Positions 39,867-54,178 are shown, counted from the first letter of the stretch. The stretch: DNA of 64,000 bases from the human T2T-CHM13v2.0 reference genome, Homo sapiens (GCF_009914755.1 NC_060927.1); one strand, 5' to 3'. Notes: generated from the sequence alone by a model not told the origin. A program made the numbers and translations.

Positions 39867-41889
39867 GAAAACTATATACTCTTATATTCTGATATTTCCT
39901 GTGCAATGTGATATTTTCCATACAATTTTATTTCATTTTTCAAAAATTGCTGGATACAAAGCACTGAATTAATTTCATATGTATTTTATTTAAACAATCC
40001 TCTCTCCTCCATTACAGTATACATTTCATGGAGACAGGAATTCCATGTTATTCTACTTCCTATAATTGATGCTTAATACCTATTGTCAACTGATTCTTTT
40101 CTCTGTGCAGATCCTCTGGAGAAATATTTTGTTCTGTGCCAAGAAACAGTTTCATTCAACGGTTAAGGTGACTTGTGTCACTGATCTGATTTCCTTCTTT
40201 TACATTAACTATCAAAAATCTCAGACTTATTAATAAAGACATGTCTTCACAGGATACATCTTTACAATGGTCTTATTTTTATTTTATTTTCCTCGCTCTT
40301 TTTTTTTCATTTTACCTTATTCTTCTGTCCTAAATATTTAAAGTTTCAGCTGATTTTAAAGTAAAAGATGCTCAATGGGAAAAGCTCACACAAATCAGAG
40401 CTACCTAAAAGTAGAGTTGGAAAGTCCCAAGGATCTTTTTCTCTGAGGCAAGCCTCTTTGCTTCTGGGTGCTTGCCCTGCAGACTGGCTTATGAAGAGGT
40501 CACCATCTTTTCAGATTCCAGGGGCCTGTAATGTTCATACCACTGCAGTATTCGTATTACACACTGTAATAATCTGGAATAATAAGATCGTAGGCACTCT
40601 TTCTTGCCCTCACATGTGGATCTGCCTTCTCCTTTTAAACAGCCATGTAATGTTCCCTTTCTCACCTACTTTGAATTTTTATATTCTTGCTGCTCTAAGG
40701 TTTTTTTTTGGATCAAGGAAAGCAATTTAAAACATAAAATTTACTTTCAAAAGAAGAGTAGAGATAATTAACCAGCCCTTGCCACCTAACTCAATATAAT
40801 CCCCTAGTAACTCCTCTTGGAGCCACCAGGTTCCCTGGGAGTGGAATTGCCTGTGGAAAGGCCTGTGTGGGTTCTGAGCTTGGGAAATGGTGACGGAGCC
40901 CTCTCTCTAGCCTCTGGGAGGTGTCAAATAATGGATGAGAGTGACCTTGGACTGGCAAGAGCAGGTCAGTGCAAGTGACATGGGTTTCTTAGATACTCCT
41001 CAGCTCAGTGTGGGTCTCCCGAGACTCAGTTCTGCCTGCTGACTTGCTCATTCATTTCCATTGCAGGGCTGCAGTTGGGTCATGCCTGGTTTTTTGGCCT
41101 CCCAATGTCTCTTAATTAACTTAATATTACTTGGTAATACTAAAGCAATGATGAATTATGTGCATGGAGTCATTAATCTTCTGTGTAAATATCTCAAACG
41201 CTGTGTCTTAATTATAGACTCCATACTTAAAATATTTTAAAGCTTCTATTCATATATTTACTTAGAAAGGTATGATCCGTGTTTCTATGGTGTCGGCACA
41301 CTCAGTGGGAAAATGGTGTCCATACATTGGAGACGTTCGTATGAAAGAGTAGTTTCTCTGATGAGATGAGTGCTGCCTGTTCTCCACTGACCCACAGACA
41401 TTCTTAGCCTTAGCAATGAAGGGAGTTGGGGTAAGATTGGGCCTGGGGATCTGGGCCCTCTTTCACCTTCTGACTGTTCTGTCTATAGCAAACCATAGAG
41501 AGTTTTTCTGGACAGTCCAGGAAGGTGTAAGAGCAGCTTTAGATGAGGCAGCTGTCTCCCTCATAGCAGAGCCAGCCCTAAGCCAGGGCAGGGCCTCCTC
41601 CGGGAAGAATTGTGCACCTCCTTCAGGGTCATCAGTGAGTTAGGTACATTGTGAGTATACTAACTTAGTATTTAGCAGTTACTCTGCACCGGGCACCATG
41701 CTGTTCCTGGGTGGTGGCTGGTGGCTGGGGCAGGGCAGTGAGTGTTACATAGACTAGACACAGCAGTAATAGCCAATGTTCCATGAGAACTTGCCATGGG
41801 GTTTGCCACACGAAGACACTGGCTCTTGTTTACATAGGCTGCCTCATTTGCACTTACCAACAAACCTGGGTAGCTTCTGGTGTCTGTAT

Positions 41890-42010
41890 TCTCATTTTAC
41901 AGTGAAGAAGCTGCAGTGAGGAGGGGTAAAGTCACTTGCCCAAGTCTGCATAGCTAATAAGTGGCAGAGCCAGAACCTGAGCCCACTGTCCAAGGTGAAG
42001 GTGCTTCCTA
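41890..42010 (-). mobile_element. MIR
   Basis: ctcattttacagtgaagaagctg...gtaaagtcacttgcccaag...gtggcagagccag. Confidence 0.75.
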
Positions 42011-42410
42011 GCATGGTGGCCACCTCTAGGTAGGAGCTCAGCTGTGCCACCCACTGGGACAGATACACTCCCAACAGCTGTGATTGGGTAGGGTGGCTCC
42101 ACCTCCCAGATGGGTCCTCGGTTTGCTGAGTGTTGGTTGGATAACTTGACTAACTTTCTCAGCAGTCCTTTGAGCAGCTGAGGTCATACTTAGATGTGAC
42201 TTACGTGAGACAACAGAGGAGTCCAGGTGAGAGCTGGCAGGCATGGGACCAGGGTGGAGTTGTAGTTTTCCCCACCAGGTGGGTGGAGCCAGGTCTCTTC
42301 AAACCAGAGGGCACAATTGCTGTTTGTATTGTTCACGTTGACTGTAGCAAAAATAACTCAGTGCCTGTGAACCTCATCTGTGAAATGTAAATAACCCCTT
42401 CTCTGCCTAT

Positions 42411-42509
42411 TTGTTTTTTGAGACGGAGTCTTGCTCTGTTGTGTAGGCCAGAGTTCAAGACCAGCCTGACCAACATGGTGAAACCCTGTCTCTACTAAAA
42501 ATACAAAAA
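42411..42509 (-). mobile_element. Rearranged Alu: antisense 3' tail fused to an inverted left-arm segment, flanked by a TSD, inside a MIR
   Basis: 42411-42454 is the reverse of the Alu 3' end. 42451-42509 is the forward Alu left arm plus A-linker. Flanks ttctctgcctat (42399-42410) and ttctccacctat (42510-42521). Confidence 0.8.
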
Positions 42510-42630
42510 TTCTCCACCTATCTTACTCTGTAGCTTGGGAAATCACCGAGATAAGAGGTTGGAAAGTGATAACTGTCCAGGCATGCAAGTAGTATGTTTA
42601 TAGGAACATGACTGAGCAACAGGGAAATGA

Positions 42631-42942
<312 letters not shown>

Positions 42943-43097
42943 TGAGATTTCATTTTTAACTCAGACGTCAATCAACGTAGCCATATACAGATTTGAAAAG
43001 CTTTTCTTTATCTCTGTTAATGGAGAAAAAGAATGACTGCTTTCTTGTCAAAATGAAAGTGTTCAGTTTTAAACTTAACCAGTTCCTGCCATTTTGA

Positions 43098-43446
<349 letters not shown>

Positions 43447-45232
43447 TAGACATATTGGAGGGTTGACCTGAACTCCATAGATTCCCAGGGAGACAGTGTA
43501 TGACTTTGATCAGCCCATGTAGGGCACATTCCCATTGCCATCCAATTTTACCTGAGCCATTGGGATGGGATGCAAAGGCCTGACATGGTTTAGAAATAAA
43601 GCATAACTCTGCAGTGCCAACTAGGATGGGGTAAATGGGATTCTGGCCTGGGTGACAACTAAGACAAGATTGCTGGCCCAGGTGCTGAGAAATGTAGCCC
43701 GAGATAATGGTTCTGTTTCTCCTTTTGTGTAGAGATGGGATCTTGGAATCTAGTGAGGTGAAGTACCCAGCTCTCTGCTTTGGTACTGTGAGGGGATTCT
43801 GCAGAGGTAGATGGAATATGGTTTTTGTCCTCAAGGCACTGACAAGCTGCAAATGATACGAGACAGTGTATCAATAGGTTCACCTTCCCAACCCTTCTCT
43901 GCTCTTGTACTTGGTTGGTGCTCAATTGTTTGTTGATATGATTTACCTTCATGATGACATGTCAAAACATGTGATATAATTTTTAGCTCTGGATGGCAAA
44001 CAGTTTCAACTTGGATGCCAACTCTACCCAGTGGGTGCTGCCTGAATGGCAAAACATGTGACACTGCCTCAGGGTGCCAGGAGAAAGAGTGCCGTCTGAT
44101 GACCAGTGGGAATGTCTGTTATGGCCGGGGGATGGGGGTTAGAAGCAGCAGGCATGTGGTGGTCATTGGTTCATCCTAAGTACATTAGGCTTTCAAAAGG
44201 GGAAAAATGATGCTCAGAGGAAATGAAACTCCTTAGTCTTCCCTTAAAGGGTGAAGCAGGATTTAGACAAACAGGAGTGCTTTCAGTCTTGGAAAAGAGC
44301 AGACGTGAAGACCGTACCTTCCAGTGAGTATGCAGATATGTGGGAGGCTGTGGGAGCTGAGGGACTGGAGGCACGTGGAGGAGGAAGGGGCATCAGGAGG
44401 GGCAGGGGCACTGTCCTCGCTGGACCCATGACAGACGTCAGTTGGTTGTTGGTAGGTTGAGTGTAGACAGATTGCAGAGGTCCTCAGGGATGCCAGATGG
44501 AGGAATTTAGATGTGATGCAGTCCTGTGCTTCTCAAGAAGCCTTCCCAGATGCTCCGGACACGATTAGCTGCTCCATCCTCTCCGCCCCAAAGGAGACTC
44601 CTAGTACTCTGCTTGAGCTTGGATTCTTGTCTGCTGTCCTGAAATGTTTATATATTATCTGCCATCCTCCTTGAGGATATGAACAGTGTTGTAGCCATCT
44701 TTGAATCCCCAGTGCTCAGGATCATGCCTGGTATGGAGCAGATAACCAGTGAGTGGTGTTGAATTGAGCTGAAATAGGGTCCCTGAACTGCCAGGCGAGA
44801 TGGGATGGAAGTGGGCAGTGCCTTAGAGGTGAAGCTGGGTGCGGAAGTGGGAGGCTGCCAAGCATAGAATGTACCCTCTGCCAAGGGAGCTCAGAGTCCA
44901 TGTCCCTGGGATGCACGGGATGGGAAGGAAGGCAAGTCTGAAGCATCAAGTTTACAAGAGTGTGCACAGCACAGGAAACCAGTTGAAATTGAAGATGGCA
45001 ACAGAGAACGGAAAAGATTGAAGGAGGGAATTTGGAAAGCTGAGCCTAGATGAATTCCCAGAGGCAGTGACTTATAGGGCTCGGAGGCCCTGTGTATAGG
45101 GAACCACCGCTGAACCTGTGGGTCAGAGGGAGTCATCAAAGATGTTGTCTCTTGAGAAATGAGGAGCTACTGAAGATTCTCTCTCTCAGATACCTCAACA
45201 TTTTAGAGACATGGAGTGATCCTACAGCCCAT

Positions 45233-45780
45233 TGTATTAATATTTAGGTGGGACTCCTTCATTTGCAGGTGACAAAAACTGAACCCAAACTAGCTTAATT
45301 TGGTGGCTTTTATAACTGAAAAGCCCAAATGGGGAGGGGAGGGGAGAGAAGGGAATTTTTGACTTCAGGCTCAACTTGATCCAGGGATGCATACAGTGGC
45401 CTCAGGGCCAGGTGCCTGCTTCTGAGTTTCGCTGGCTGGCTGGCTGACTGGCACACTTTCTCTTCATTTTTTGGCTTGGCTTCCCTTGGTGGGTGTTAGC
45501 TCTTCATCTCTATGTCCCCCTGGCAACTCTAGGCTTGTGGTCTCTCAGGGCTGAATCCAGCCGACAAAAGAACTTCTTACCTAGTTACCCCAGGGAAAGC
45601 TCCCAGACTTGCTCTCTTCGGACCCGGTTGGTGTGGGTTGGAGCTTATGCCTATCCCCGAACCAATAACCTTGGCTGCATGCCAACTCTTATTGCCCCTG
45701 GGATGAGAGCAGGAATGGAGCAGTTCCTGGGGGAAGGTCAGGGTGCTGTTACCCTTGGAGTTTTGCTGGGTGGCAAGGCC
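45233..45780. mobile_element. Old MLT1 (J/K-like) LTR
   Basis: tttgcaggtgacaaaaactgaacccaaactagcttaa...gacttcaggctcaacttgatccaggg. Confidence 0.55.
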
Positions 45781-47309
45781 ATCATTACTGCCCCATCCAG
45801 GCTAACTGTTGTAGTCTTGGCAGCAAAGCAGAAGCTGCCTTTGCTCTGCCGGTGAGGAGGAGAGCTCCCTGCCAGCCTCTGCCGCCCCAGGCATGCTGCT
45901 GCCCTCTTCCCACAGACCGCATGTCCTTGAAGCTGGGCTCCGTAGAGTGGTCCACCAGGTCACCCTGCTGGCCACCTCCATTTGTCATCCCTGGGCACAT
46001 TCTAGACAGCATCTTGGGCCGGGGCCTTGCCCCACCTGGGTGATTGTGGGGTCACTGAACTGTCGTGGGATCTCAGGAGAAACCTCTTCAGAGAGTCTGC
46101 ATCCACAGGGAGAAGTGTATTCACACTTCCCACAGGCTGGGGAGCTGTCTCACCTATCCTTAGTCAGGGCGAGCCTTCCATTGTGAGGTGCTTTATAGTT
46201 TGCACAGCTCTATCCAACTTGTTACTTAATCTGGCTTTTACCATAACACTGGTGGGCAAGGCAAAGCAAGAATGATTGTCCCTGTTTTATGGATGAAAGA
46301 ACTGGGAATCAGGAGGGGTAAATGTCTCAAACGGGGCAACACAGCTGTCGAGACTAGCATTAGACTTGGGGGACACAAATGTCACATAAAATGTGTACTT
46401 TTAAACCGAAGGTGAAGAAAGATGAGGGCAAACAGACTACTGTAGCCAGTTTCTTCATGTAAATGTGGTGTTAAATTACCCATTGTTGTTCCTCTAAGTG
46501 CATACTTCATTAATACCTGCAGGGGAAAAAATGACCTCTATTTACAGCCAAGCATCTCGGGGCCGACGCCTGCCTGCCCACCAGCCTCCTGTGGTTTACC
46601 CACCAAAATTTTACTAGAGGTTGAATCGGCTTGTAGAAGCTGTGTGATAGCGCTGCGGCTCCCCTGGGTCACCTCCTGAAACGTGTAGGGTCGTGAGTGG
46701 GAGGGTGTCTCAGCAAGCCCAGCCTGAATGTGCACGATGGCCTCAATCGACCCAGCCACTTGAAAAAGCAGCCGCTGCTCTCGGTTCTTGCTGTTCTTGC
46801 TTGGTCAGCTCTTCCCTGGGGTCTCTGCGCCCTCACAGAGCCTCCCTGTGAAGCCTGTCCTTGGAGACTTTGCTCACCAGGTCATAGACAATTGTTGTTT
46901 TCCAACTGGAAGAGATCATCTGATTTAGTCTGTTCATTTCACACATGAGAAACGAAGACCAAACCCCGTACCGTGGCACCTGGGGCCCTTTGTGTCTGCC
47001 CTCCACTGTGTCCCTGCAGCCTGTCCCTTCCCTTCCCACCTGTCCTCATACCTTGTGCTTCAGCCATGTGGACTGCTCTTCGCCCTGAACAGCTTGCCTT
47101 CGTGCGGGCTCCTCTTCTGGATGGAACACCCTGCCTGGAGCAGGGAGGGCCATGATGAGGGAGCAGGTGGCTGTGCTGAGCCTTTCCCTGACATGCACTC
47201 ATGGATGTTTTCCTGGAACAGAGCAAAACCAGGGGGCGCTGGTATCATAGAACTTCTTAGTGGGAAGGGACATTTAATAATAGTTGGTCAAAACCTCTCA
47301 TTTTGCCCA

Positions 47310-49130
47310 TTTATTTATTCATTTATAAATGCGGAATATCTATTTTTGTGACAGGCCTTGGGAATGCAATGATGCATGAAATAGAAATGATCTCTGGCTT
47401 TAAAGGAATGATAATTTATTAGGGGAGACAAATATTAAAGAGGCAATTTTTAAAAATTGACAAATAGCTACATAATTAGGGTGTACAACATGATGTTTTG
47501 ATATATGCATACACTGCGGAATGGCTAAATTAAACTAATTAACATATCTATTACCTCACATGCTTATTTTTTTGTGGTGAGAAAATTTAAAATGCAGTCT
47601 TAGCAATTTTCAAGTATGCAATACATTGTTGTAACTATAGCCACTATGTTGTACAATAGATCTCCTGAACTTACTCTTTCTAGCTTTTGTATACTTTGAA
47701 ATTTTTTATATGTTGATCAACATCTCCCCAATCTTCCTGACCCCCACCTCTGGTAATCATCATTCTTCTCTCTGCTTCTGTGCGTTCAGTGTTTTTAGAC
47801 TCCTCATATAAGTGAGATCATGCAGTATTTGCCTTTCTGTGCCTGGCTTATTTAGCTTAGCATAGTGTCCTCTAGGTTCACCCATGTTATTGCAAATGAC
47901 AGGATTTCCTTCTTTTTAAAGGCTAAATAGTATTTCATTGTGTATCTATACCACATTTTCTTTACCCATTCATCCATTGATGAACATGGAGGTTAATTCC
48001 ATGTCTTAGCTATTGTGAATAATGTTATGAAGAACATGGGCGTGGCAGACATTTCTTTGACATACTGATTTCATTTCCTTTGTATATACATTCCCAGAAG
48101 TGGGATCACTGCATTATATGGTAGTTCCACTCTTAATTTTTTGAGGACCCTCTGTAACTGTTTTCCATAGTGGCAGTACTAATTTACACTCCTATCAACA
48201 GTGTACAAAGCTTCCCTCTTCTCCATATCTTTGCCAACACTTATCACTTGTCTTTTTGACAATAGCCATTCCAATGAATGTGAGGTGATGGCTCATTGTG
48301 GTTTTAATTTATATTTCCTTGATGATTAGTGATGTTGAGCACTTTTTCATGTATCTTTTGGCTATTTGTATGTCTTCTTTTGAGAAATGTCCGTTCAGGT
48401 CCTTTGCCCATTTTAAAGTCAGATTGTTTTCTTGCTATTGAGTTGTTTGAGTTCCTTATCTATTTTTGATATTAACCCTTTATCAGATGAATGGTTTAAA
48501 AATATTTTCTCCCATTTCATAGGTTGTCTCTTTATTCTGGTGGTTTTCCCTTTGTTGTGTGTAAGCGTTTTAGTTAGATGCCATCCCATATGTTTATTTT
48601 GGCTTATGTTGCCTGTGCTTACAGACTCATATCTCAAAAATCTTTGCCCTGTCTAATGTCAAGAAGCTTTTACTCTGTTTTTCTGTAGTACTTTCACTGT
48701 TTTAGGTCTTAATGTTTAAGTCTTTGATCCATTTTGAGCTGATTTTTGTATATGGGGTGAGAGAAGGGTCTGATTTCATTCCTCTGCATGTGGATGTCCA
48801 GTTTTACCATACCCCTTATTGAAGAGACTGTCCTTTCCCCACTCTGTATTCTTGGCACCTCTGTCAAAGATCAGTTGACCATAAATGCCTGGATTTATTT
48901 CTTGGCTTTCTGTTAAAGAGGTAATTTTTTAAAATTTAAATTTCTATTGTGAATTACGGCTGTGGAAAAGTATAATGGGCTTTGACAGCATGTAACAGCA
49001 GGCTCTAATTTTGTCTGGGAGGTCAGTAAAGGTTTTGCTGAGAAAGTGTCATTTAAGCTGAGCCTTGAAGGGCAAGCAGAGTGTAGTCTGATGAGAAAGA
49101 GGGTTGGGGAGACTGTTTTAGAAAGAAGGG
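47310..49130 (-). mobile_element. L2 fragment split by an L1MA insertion
   Basis: L2-like sequence at 47310-47450 resumes at about 48930 (gggaggtcagtaaaggttttgctgagaaagtgtcatttaagctgag). Confidence 0.6.
47452..48912 (-). mobile_element. L1MA 3' fragment with TSD
   Basis: Antisense L1. The minus-strand ORF contains [33 protein letters not shown] (ORF2 C-terminal region). TSD ttaaagaggcaattttt (47435-47451) / ttaaagaggtaattttt (48913-48929). Confidence 0.92.
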
Positions 49131-52083
49131 AACAGGATGTGGAATGGTTCCACTGTGGCCCAGGGCCACAGCATGAATCAGTGGCTGAGTTGGGACTAGC
49201 AGAAATCAGATCTATGGCTCCAAGCCCTGTGTTCCTTGCATTCAACCCCGCTGGGTGCGTTTTTGGCCCTGTATCACAGAGCTCTATGCTTATTCATCTA
49301 AAGAGGGAAGTTCATGTCCATGGGGCAGGCACCCTTGGTGGATAAAGCAGGGACGGCAAAGACATGGAGGTGGGAAGGTGGCTGGCATGTGTGGGAGGGA
49401 GCAGGTTGGCCCATGACTTGGAGTGAAGCACTCTGACAGAGGAGAGGTGGGAAAGTTGGAAGAGGAATCTAGGCAAGGATGAAAGGATGAGATCCTTAAC
49501 CAAGAAGCTGCAGGTTGGGATAGCAGGGGAGGCCAGGTGAGATATTGAGATCAGCTGTTGTCCTAGCAGTTTGACTCTTTATTTCAGGCTTGTTCTAAAA
49601 AGGGTTTATGGTAACTTAGATACATACATATGTATCCTGTTTTTTGTTTTTGTTTTTTAAATACATATGCTAGGATCATAAAACCTCATGCTGTAATAGC
49701 CTCTACATGTCTAGATCTATAGCTTTATTCCTTTCGGTTTTTTTCTTCTCTGCTTTCTAGTAGCACCTATGAGTGCCTTACATATGTCTGATGCTACAGT
49801 TAAAGACACAAAGAGAGGGCCCCTTTCAATAGAGAATCCAGGACTGCAGGGCACAGAAGGAATGGAAGGTGTCAGTGGGAGAGGGGGACTTCTGGCAGAG
49901 TATAAGCCAGAAAGCCTTCCCAAAGCCTTGGGGCACATGGGTGGAAGAGCAAAACAGAGAAGTGACTCTTACCTGGCTGCATCAAGCCTCTGTTCACCTT
50001 TTGACAGCAGCTTGGGAGCTCTGTGAGGACAGGGTTCTGGCTTTGCTGAGAAGGATGCAGGTGCTTGGGGATAGATGGATAGACAGATGGACAAGTATTC
50101 ATGCCACAGCACTAATAAGAGGATTCTTAAAATAGGAAAGGAAAGTACCAAGTCTAATGAAGGATTTTGGCATCTCCCACCTCCTGCTAGTTGACAGTTT
50201 CTGTTTCTCAAGATTCTGTACAGCATTAACTGGTTTGGAGATTATTAACTAGTTTAGAGACTACTGATTTAGAGCCTCTCCTGTTGGTGAAATTTCACTG
50301 TTTAAAGAAGACACATCAGGTTTTAGAATTAGATTTCAGCCTTTGTTTCTCTAGTGGCTTGAGTTCTCGTGGGCGGGGTAGGGGGAGGGAGTGGGGGGAC
50401 ATCCGTCCATATACAGGGTAGTTTCTGGACGTTGTTTTCTAAAGGAAGGTTTGACTGGCCCTGCCTACTCAGGATCTCCTGCCAGGGAGAAGAAATCCCT
50501 GCTGGTGGGTGACTGAGTGCCACAGGTGTGACTCTGCCTGGCACACAGAGGGGGATGAGATGCAAGAATCATTTACTCTTTCCCTGTACCTGGGGAAGGG
50601 CTGTTAAGGTACAGCTCCTGCTCAGGCCTTTTATACCAGGGACGCCTCATTTCATGTATGGTTCTAGAGGGTTCCTGCTGGCCCCTTCTTCTGCCATCCC
50701 AGTCTTTCATCCTTGACAGTGCTTCTTCCTCTGTGCTTCCATCAGTCGTGGCCACAGACCTCAGTGTCCTCTATGTGTCACCTCTCACCTAGCTGTTTTG
50801 GCTGGGCCCACAGTCCCACCTTGCCTGTTAGGAACCTGACTTTCTTGTTGGCTTCCTTTTCAAATTGTTAATTCAACATTCTTTTCTCAAATGAACAATC
50901 CTTTTGTAAGGCGAATAATTATCCCACTTCTCCTGAACGACGTTTTGCAAGATTTAAAAATAATACTTCATTTGTTGAATGTGGAGGGATACCTGTTTCA
51001 TAGGATTCCTTTTTAGTGGCAGGATTGAGGACCGGGATGACATTGGCTTCTAGACAAACTGGTCTGCCTGCTCTCCAGGCTGTGATTGTTCAGTTGGCAT
51101 CATGGTAGAATCTCTGTAATAAAGAATTGCATTAAAGGAAGTTTGTATTTCTTATGAAGAATCCCATCAAATAATTCACTAAGGATTTTGGAAAGAGAAA
51201 CCAAATTCTTTAAAAAGCAGGGAGAGGGCAAAGGAGAAGGAAAAAGAACGTTAAACAGTTCATTTATACTAATGGCCCTTGTGTTATTGTGGCAAAATTT
51301 CTTCTAAATAAAAGTCAGAGAGGAAAAACAAGCTTTGTTTGGGAGGTGTACTGTCTGTTCTCTGCCTTGTTTTTCTGCTCTGAAGTATAGTGTGCTGTCT
51401 TGACGTAGGTATGTAACTGCTATGAATATTGATGGCAGCAAAAGCTTTTTTTTTTCTCTCTGGCCTAGTAAATAAAGCAGCAAGGATAAAAAGGGATGAA
51501 TTGTAAAATCAGTGTGCTGTTTTTAGCTTCTCTGGTTCCCTTAGAACTCTTAAGTCTCAAACATATTGACAATCTGCCTTTGGTGGTCAGGGTCTGATGT
51601 GAGCACTGTGGGTTGGCATTTTCAGGGATTTTTGCCTCTGGTTGAAGTAACAGAGTTCCTTTTTCTTTGAGCTTTCAGAGTTAATGTTATGGCTTCATTG
51701 AGGCCTTCCTGTATCTTTCCCTCTATCCAGTGGCAATGCTGGTCCCTGCTCCTCAGAATACCGCAGTGGCCTGAGTGTGTGATCGTTCCTCCAGCAGCCA
51801 CGCCTCGCATGCCTCCCGAGCAAGCACTCCTCTGGGGGATATGGCAGGGAATGGGGCAACGGGGAATCTGGACAGTAAGCAAGGAAGGGCATCCTCGTAG
51901 CTCTGAGCGTGGCATTTCATGTAGCTGTATGAAGGGCATGGGGGAAGAAGGCATGGGGGCATGGGATGAGCCTGGCTAAGAACAGGACTGGTCTGAAGTC
52001 TAGAGGGGGCATGAGTATAGAGGTTGGAGATGAGCTAGGCTTTCTAAATTAAATTATAAACACACTGATGCTGGCTAACTCTC

Positions 52084-52086
<3 letters not shown>

Positions 52087-52120
<34 letters not shown>
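52087..52120. repeat. (AC)17 microsatellite
   Basis: Perfect AC run. Confidence 0.95.
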
Positions 52121-52123
<3 letters not shown>

Positions 52124-53947
52124 TCGTTCACTAGACTGTCATAATGGTGTTCTGAGGAGCAAAGGGAGCTTTGGAGGGCAAGTGTTTAGAAATGACAGGA
52201 ACCACAACAGCCCTGTCCTTGGAAGGAAGCCCTGTTATATGACCAGTGAAGAGTGGAGAATGGGGGCAAAGACTGGGATGCATGGCCATGGCTGCATGGT
52301 GGTCAAGAGGGAGGATACCTGTGGCACGACAAAGGGATGTTCTGCCTGGCACGGCCGGTGACAGAGGGGAAGCGATTCTGGCAGCAGACAGCCGGAGCCC
52401 AGGGGCAGCACAGGCAAGGCTTCCATTTAAATGCACAAGGGTGTTGGGGATACTGCAAGCAAACATTTAATAGGTGACGGTTCCTCAAAGGGTCAGGCTT
52501 ATGGGAATCATCCTAAAATTTGTGTTTTTAAAAATGTTTCTGAGTATAAAGTGTTCTCTTCAGAAACATAAAATTTATTTTCAAATACACATTTGCCTAT
52601 TGCATAAAAATATATAATAGTGATAATATATAGCAAAGTGCTTTTTTTCCCCCTGGAATCCGTTGTGAAAAGGCAGGGGTGGCCTGATGGGAGGGCTGAA
52701 GATAGAGAATCGCTCTTGTCAGTTACTACTTTTGTGACTCTTGAGAAATTCTCTGTGTGTACATTCAAAACTTCCCCCTCCACACACCTCCCCCCCACAC
52801 CAACAGACTAAATGACAGGTACCATAGTGGGGACATTTTTCTGGCTCCTGGTACAGTGCCTGTCATTTAGAAGTGGTGTTCACGTGTTTCCTGAGCCTAT
52901 TTTATTTTGACCTCTTGCCCTAGGCATTTTAATGAGTGAATTTCATGACCTCCATTTCTCTAAGGTATTGGTAACTTTTCGGGTCCCACTGATATTAGTA
53001 TAGGACTCTATAGTTCATATTGGAAAGTTACAGTTGCTGATGATACTTTGTTATTTAAGTAGCTTCATGCCGAGGAATGCCTCTTGCAAAGTTAATTACA
53101 CACATCTCTGTTGGTCCATGTTTCTATTGAAACTGAAGCTGTATAAAGAAAACATTTGTAAAAGAGGAAGGAGTCAAAGTTTTTAGACTTGCTGATTGGT
53201 ATGTTTTCCACAGCTCATGGAGTTGCATGGGTTGGAACTGGAAAGGTTCTACGAGTCATTTAGCCCGTGAGCAGCACCTGTGAGGTCTGTGGCAGTCAGA
53301 TGGGCATGGCTGCTGGGATGGATACTAGAGGAAAGGTCAGAGGCTCTGCCTAGGTTTCCTGGGAAAGTGCATGATGACCTGTCACAAGTTCAGCCGGGAG
53401 AGGCGGCATGCCAATAAGCAGGCAGGGTGTTTGCCATCCTGAATTTACTTCCCTTATTGTGTGGATGCAAAAACTTATATCCAGAGGAGGAGAAGGACTT
53501 GTCCAAGGTTACCTTGCTACTCAGTGACAAAGCTGACTGTGACTTCGAACTCAGACATAAACCCAAGAGGAAGAGAGGGTCAAAACAGATGCATCTTCAT
53601 TTCTTCCAGAGGATGAATTTCTTCTGTTCAAAGACACCATTGGAATCTTTGTTGTACCCTTGTGCTTTTCTGGGCCTGATTTGGCAACCTCAGGAGGAAA
53701 GCATGCTGCGTTTTGCAAATGTGTGCAAATAACAAACATGCCTGTTATGTCCTAGGCAGACTCATCACACGCATTGGGGCAGTTGGCAAAATGCAGTCAT
53801 GCAGCCTGGAACGAAAAGTGTTGCACACGTAGTTGCTTATGAGAAATTCAGTGTTAGAATGTAAATGCCTTCCTGGCCCAGGGGCAGTGTAATTGTTCCA
53901 TTTCTCATAATGAAACTTTGTTTGGAGGGAAATGCTTATATGTCTAA

Positions 53948-54178
<231 letters not shown>

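Noticed and set aside
42272-42288. CTCF-like ccaccaggtgggtg (also ccagcagatgggga near 7595)
   Set aside because: Both mismatch the conserved GGC position and cannot be supported without ChIP data.
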